This document shows positions 59,850-64,000 of a stretch of 64,000 nt of DNA, piece by piece (position 1 is the stretch's first letter; each line of letters begins with the position of its first letter). A program made the position numbers and the translations under genes. The notes below the pieces were generated by a model. The model ran no database searches. It was not told the origin of the DNA and saw nothing but the letters and a program-made list of their open reading frames with translations. Source of the DNA: Hemiscyllium ocellatum (taxonomy: Eukaryota); assembly GCF_020745735.1 (NCBI RefSeq), contig NC_083420.1, positions 24,118,001-24,182,000 on the forward strand. The letters are read 5' to 3'.

Positions 59850-60680
59850 AAAAGCACCACACTAGTTTGATACATACATTGATGATTCTCAGTTCCACCT
59901 TCCGACAACCTCTGTAGACTCCTGTACTATTGTTAAACTGTCAAACTCCACATCTGACATTCAGCACTGAATGAGAAATTTTCCCTGAATATTAGGAAGT
60001 CTGAAGCCATTATTTTTGGTTCCCACTCCAAACATCATTCCCTAATAACCTTGTCCTAATCTCAGGCTGTTGCCAGAGAAAGGGATCATCTGTATCCAAT
60101 CTTAGTGTCACTTAAGAGTGCAATTTCATCATGCCATTCCTGCCCTGTAATAATATAGAATTTCATCCCAACTTCACTTTACCTTGCTGCAATGCCTGCA
60201 TTGCTCTAGACTTAAGCATTCTAATGCACTTTTGGCTAGGCATCTACATCCTACTCTCTATAAACTTGAGGATTTCCAAAAACCGCTTGTTGTCTCCACT
60301 TGTTTCTGTGGTGGCTAAAGCCCACTGCCTCTTGGTCAAGTCATGTCTTGATTTTAAAATTCTCATTCTTGTTTTCAAATCCCTTGCTGTCTGTAGTCTC
60401 CTCCAAGATACCTTTGCTCCTATAATTCTGGCATTTTGAAAATCCTTGACTTTAATTGTTCCATGTTCAGTTATGTAGGTGCTGAGTTCTGTAATACACT
60501 TCCTGCATCTAATTTGTTTTCTTTTAAGGCATATCTTAAAATCTCCCTCTTCAATCAAGCCTGTGACTCTTTATCTCTTTGCATGACTTGGTGTCGTATA
60601 TTGCTTTATAATGCTTCTGTGAAGCAACCTGAGGGATTTTATGATATTAAAAGTGCTATATAAATTTATGTTGCTGTAAA
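59850..60680 (+). mobile_element. Decayed L2-like LINE (RT to 3' end)
   Basis: TYIDDSQFHL (decayed YADD) near 59872; [12 protein letters not shown]; L2-type tail ..AAGTGCTATATAAAT. Confidence 0.65.
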
Positions 60681-60984
60681 GAGTACAATTTTACTGTATA
60701 ATACATCTACCCAACAAATAATCCGTAATTCTACTTTAATTGGCCTATTTTTAACGTGAAATGTGTTTTAGGTTTTTTTCTCAAGTAGATAAATGAGTTG
60801 AAGAATTTGGGGGATGATATTTTCAACCAGAGAGTGGTAATGTGAAACTTGCTACCGTGTGGCGTTGTTAACTGAATTCATGAACACAATTAAGAAGCAA
60901 GCTATGTAATCACATGACTACGAAAAAATATGAAATGGTGAAGGGACCTGATTTAGAGGGTAAACACTGGCCTGACCAGTTGAG

Positions 60985-61400
60985 CTGATACAAAAACAGA
61001 AATTGCTGGAGAAACTCTGGTTGATAGCATATGTGGAGACAAATCATGCTTGACATTGAGCCCAGTGATCCTCCAGAATTGATTATAGCTAGGAAAAGAT
61101 GTATATTGTATATGCTTAAGACGGGGTTTTTGGGAGTAGGGAAGAGTGAGTAGATAGGTGGAGATGGTGTGTAGAGATAGAAAATGACAGGCAGACAAAA
61201 TAATGGATGTTAATATGCCAGGAAGAAAGCTGATACTATGAACTATAAATAAGTGAAAATGAGTTGGATATGCTGAAAGCAGCCCATGTCATGACAGCGC
61301 CTGGTTTGTAGATGAGGATGAAGGACATGGAAGAAGGTGTTCAGGTTCTCAGATGATTGAACTCCATATGAAGTGCTTTTCCAGCACCACTCTAATCCAG
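60985..61400 (-). mobile_element. Decayed Penelope-associated terminal fragment
   Basis: AAAAACAGAAATTGCTGGAGAAACTC..AGCAT.TGTGGAGA, shared with the copies at ~2550 and ~44470. Confidence 0.45.
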
Positions 61401-61719
61401 ACATGTGATGAGATTACAACTATACGAGAGAGAAGACTGGAAGAACTTAAAAATATGACAAAACTGTAAAAGTAAGGACTCGATGGAAGTCACCTATACA
61501 AGTGTTGGATGAGCTGGATGTGACATGAATTAGGACTTGGGCAGCAGAGTTTTGGGTAACCTCAAATTTGTAGAGTGCAGAATGTGAGACCGGAGTGTGG
61601 GATCAAATGGAATCTGTAATGATCGTTTCAGGAGTTAAACTGAGTTAGCGATGGAGTTGGATGGGGGTAAAGATTTTAAACGTTGGCTCTCCATTTCCCA
61701 ATATTACAATGCCTGAGGT

Positions 61720-61933
61720 GTATCTGAATCCAGCCACTCTCCGGAGAGTCCCGAGTCTTTCCGGAGGTTACCGAGCCGGCAGCGGCGGCTCTCCGGACTT
61801 TGCCGAAGTCGGCCGGTCAGACCGCGCCGGGGCAACGGCCGCTGGAATCGTTCCTAATCGATCATTCTCCGGTTACACCGATTAACCGACGGTAAACTGA
61901 AAGAGTTATTGGTCAGCGTCAGAAACTGCCAAC
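61720..61933 (+). promoter_or_regulatory. CpG-rich promoter/5'UTR of RHOT
   Basis: CpG cluster, palindrome ACTCTCCGGAGAGT, ATTGG box at ~61908, Kozak-like GCCAACATG. Confidence 0.65.
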
Positions 61934-61970
61934 ATGAGGGAAGATGTGAGGATTCTGCTGGTGGGAGAAC
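61934..61970 (+). CDS. RHOT2: Mitochondrial Rho GTPase (Miro) exon 1; the gene continues beyond the window
   Basis: MREDVRILLVGE(x), 37 nt, donor AC|gtgagt; matches the M..DVRILL.GE N-terminus of Miro proteins. RHOT1 vs RHOT2 cannot be resolved from 12 codons; RHOT2 is preferred only because of linkage to ANKS4B. Confidence 0.75.
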
Positions 61971-62061
61971 GTGAGTAAACTACGTTGAGTGCCGAAAAAT
62001 TGAAAGTACTCATAGGGCGGGAGGGGAAGAGTTAGGAGAGGGACAAGGGTTGGGACAGACA

Positions 62062-63245
62062 GAGAGGGAGAGTGAGGATGGACTGGGGGGTGGGAGAGTG
62101 AGGATGGACGGGGGGGGGGGAGAGAGTGAGGATGGACTGGGGGGGGGGGGGAGAGAGTGAGGATGGACGGGGGGGGGGAGAGAGAGTGAGGATGGACTGG
62201 GTGGGGGGGGAGAGAGTGAGGATGGACTGGGGGGGGAGAGAGTGAGGATGGACTGGGTGGTGGGGGGAGAGAGTGAGGATGGACTGGGGGGGGAGGAGTG
62301 AGGATGGACGGGGGGGTGAGGGAGAGAGTGAGGATGGACGGGGGGGAAACTGGGATAGGGAGCGGGGGGGGGAGAGAGAGAGAGAGGGTGTGGGCTGGGG
62401 GGAATTGGGATAGGAGGAGAGAGTGAGGGTGGACTGGGGGGGAACTGGGGGAGAGAGTGAGGGTGGACTGGGGGGGAACTGGGGGAGAGAGTGAGGGTGG
62501 ACTGGGGGGAAACTGGGAGAGAGAGAGAGGGGGAACTGGGGGAGAGAGAGAGGGTGGACTGGGTGGGAACTGGGGGAGAGAGAGAGGGTGGACTGGGGGG
62601 GAACTGGGGGAGAGAGAGAGGGTGGACTGGGGGGCAACTGGGAGAGAGAGAGGGTGGACTGGGGGGGAACTGGGGGAGAGAGTGAGGGTGGACTGGGGGG
62701 AAACTGGGAGAGAGAGAGAGGGGGAACTGGGGGAGAGAGAGAGGGGGGGAACTGGGGGAGAGAGAGAGGGTGGACTGGGGGGGAACTGGGGGAGAGAGTG
62801 AGGGTGGACTGGGGGGCAACTGGGAGAGAGAGAGGGTGGACTGGGGGGGAACTGGGGGAGAGAGTGAGGGTGGACTGGGGGGCAACTGGGAGAGAGAGAG
62901 GGTGGACTGGGGGGGAACTGGGGGAGAGAGTGAGGGTGGACTGGGGGGAAACTGGGAGAGAGAGAGAGGGGGAACTTGGGGAGAGAGGGTGGACTGGGGG
63001 GGGAACTGGGGAGAGAGAGAGGGTGGACTGGGGGGCAACTGGGAGAGAGAGAGGGTGGACTGGGGGGAACTGGGGGAGAGAGTGAGGGTGGGCTGGGGGG
63101 AAACGGAGAGAGAGAGAGAGGGTGGACTGGGGGGGAACTGGGAGAGAGAGAGAGAGGGTGGACTGGGGGAAACTGGGAGAGAGAGAGAGGGTGGACTGGG
63201 GGGCAACTGGGAGAGAGAGAGAGGGTGGACTGGGGGCAACTGGGA
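62062..63245 (+). repeat. G-rich minisatellite with two unit types, in RHOT intron 1
   Basis: About 10 copies of GAGAGTGAGGATGGAC(T)G(n), then many copies of (GA)nGGGTGGACTG(n)(C/A)AACTG(n). Confidence 0.95.
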
Positions 63246-63554
63246 TACAGGCAAAGTTGAGGGACTCGGCTGGGGAGACTTGGGATACGGGCCGAGTGTG
63301 AGGAACCGAGGGAGCAATGGAGAGTGAGGGGGCACTGGAGGGGACTGGGATAAAGGGGCAAAGGATTCAGTGGAGTAGAGGAAATTGGGGGTTCAGGTTG
63401 TGGTGGTAAAATGTCACCTCATTGTTAATGTTAAATTTTTTGAGTGATCACAACACGTTAATTAGACTATTCCTTGCTCTTATTCATCCTTTTCTATTTT
63501 GATGAAATTTCATCTCTGAATGGAGTCATTACGTGTAAGTCACCAAGTTTAGAC

Positions 63555-64000
63555 CTGGTTAGACCAGGGAAACCCAGTGGATGTGTTCTATCTAGACGTC
63601 CAAAAGGCCTTTGATAAGGTGCCACACGGGAGGCTGCTGAGCAAGGTGAGGGCCCATGGTGTTCAAGGTGAGCTACTGCTATGGATTGAGGATTGGCTGT
63701 CTGACAGAAGGCAGAGAGTTGGGATAAAAGGTTCTTTTTCGGAATGGCCGCCGGTGACAAGCGGTGTCCCGCAGGGTTCGGTGTTGGGGCTGCAGCTGTT
63801 CACGTTATATATTAATGATCTGGATGAAGGGACTGGGGGCATTCTAGCGAAGTTTGCCGATGATACGAAGTTAGGTGGATAGGCAGGTAGTACTGAGGAA
63901 GTGGGGAGGCTGCAGAAGGATCTAGACAGTTTGGGAGAGTGGTCCAGGAAATGGCTGATGGAATTCAATGTGAGCAAATGCGAGATCTTGCACTTTGGAA
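63555..64000 (+). mobile_element. Relatively young CR1 LINE RT fragment, running off the window end
   Basis: ORF 63577-63882: [36 protein letters not shown]; CpGs retained; one in-frame TAG. Confidence 0.92.

Noticed and set aside
61919-63361. Long Pro/Ser-rich (480, 441, 201 aa) and Gly/Glu/Arg-rich ORFs
   Set aside because: These are translations of the G-rich satellite, which lacks stop codons because of its composition; they are open in several frames on both strands.
1-64000. CRISPR arrays, rRNA, snoRNA, NUMT or prokaryotic operons
   Set aside because: No repeat-spacer structure or recognisable sequence of these kinds was seen; the window is intron-rich vertebrate DNA.

Overview
Vertebrate genomic DNA. 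The repeat content (HE1/V-SINEs, Deu-domain SINEs, abundant CR1 and Penelope-like elements) points to a cartilaginous fish, probably a shark; this is inference. Four complete multi-exon genes can be assembled with GT-AG introns and consistent reading phase: ANKS4B (-, 2 coding exons, 429 aa), an SLC25A17/PMP34-family peroxisomal carrier (+, 9 exons, 313 aa), DXO (-, 6 coding exons, 423 aa) and STK19 (+, 6 coding exons, 262 aa). The first coding exon of a RHOT/Miro GTPase (+) follows. DXO and STK19 are head-to-head, as in the human MHC class III region, but their human neighbours SKIV2L and C4 are absent here. SLC25A17 and DXO end tail-to-tail at what looks like a compact bidirectional poly(A) site. 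Introns are filled with nested LINEs and SINEs. The most notable non-genic signal is a set of Penelope-like elements and tiny non-autonomous derivatives (42-260 bp, three with target-site duplications). Several carry minimal type I hammerhead ribozyme cores (CUGANGA-N-stem II-GAAA-NN-UH), often arranged as inverted hairpins. Two core-intact copies lie on the sense strand of DXO intron 1. A ~1.2 kb G-rich satellite starts just downstream of RHOT exon 1. Exon coordinates were read by hand; repeat boundaries are approximate.
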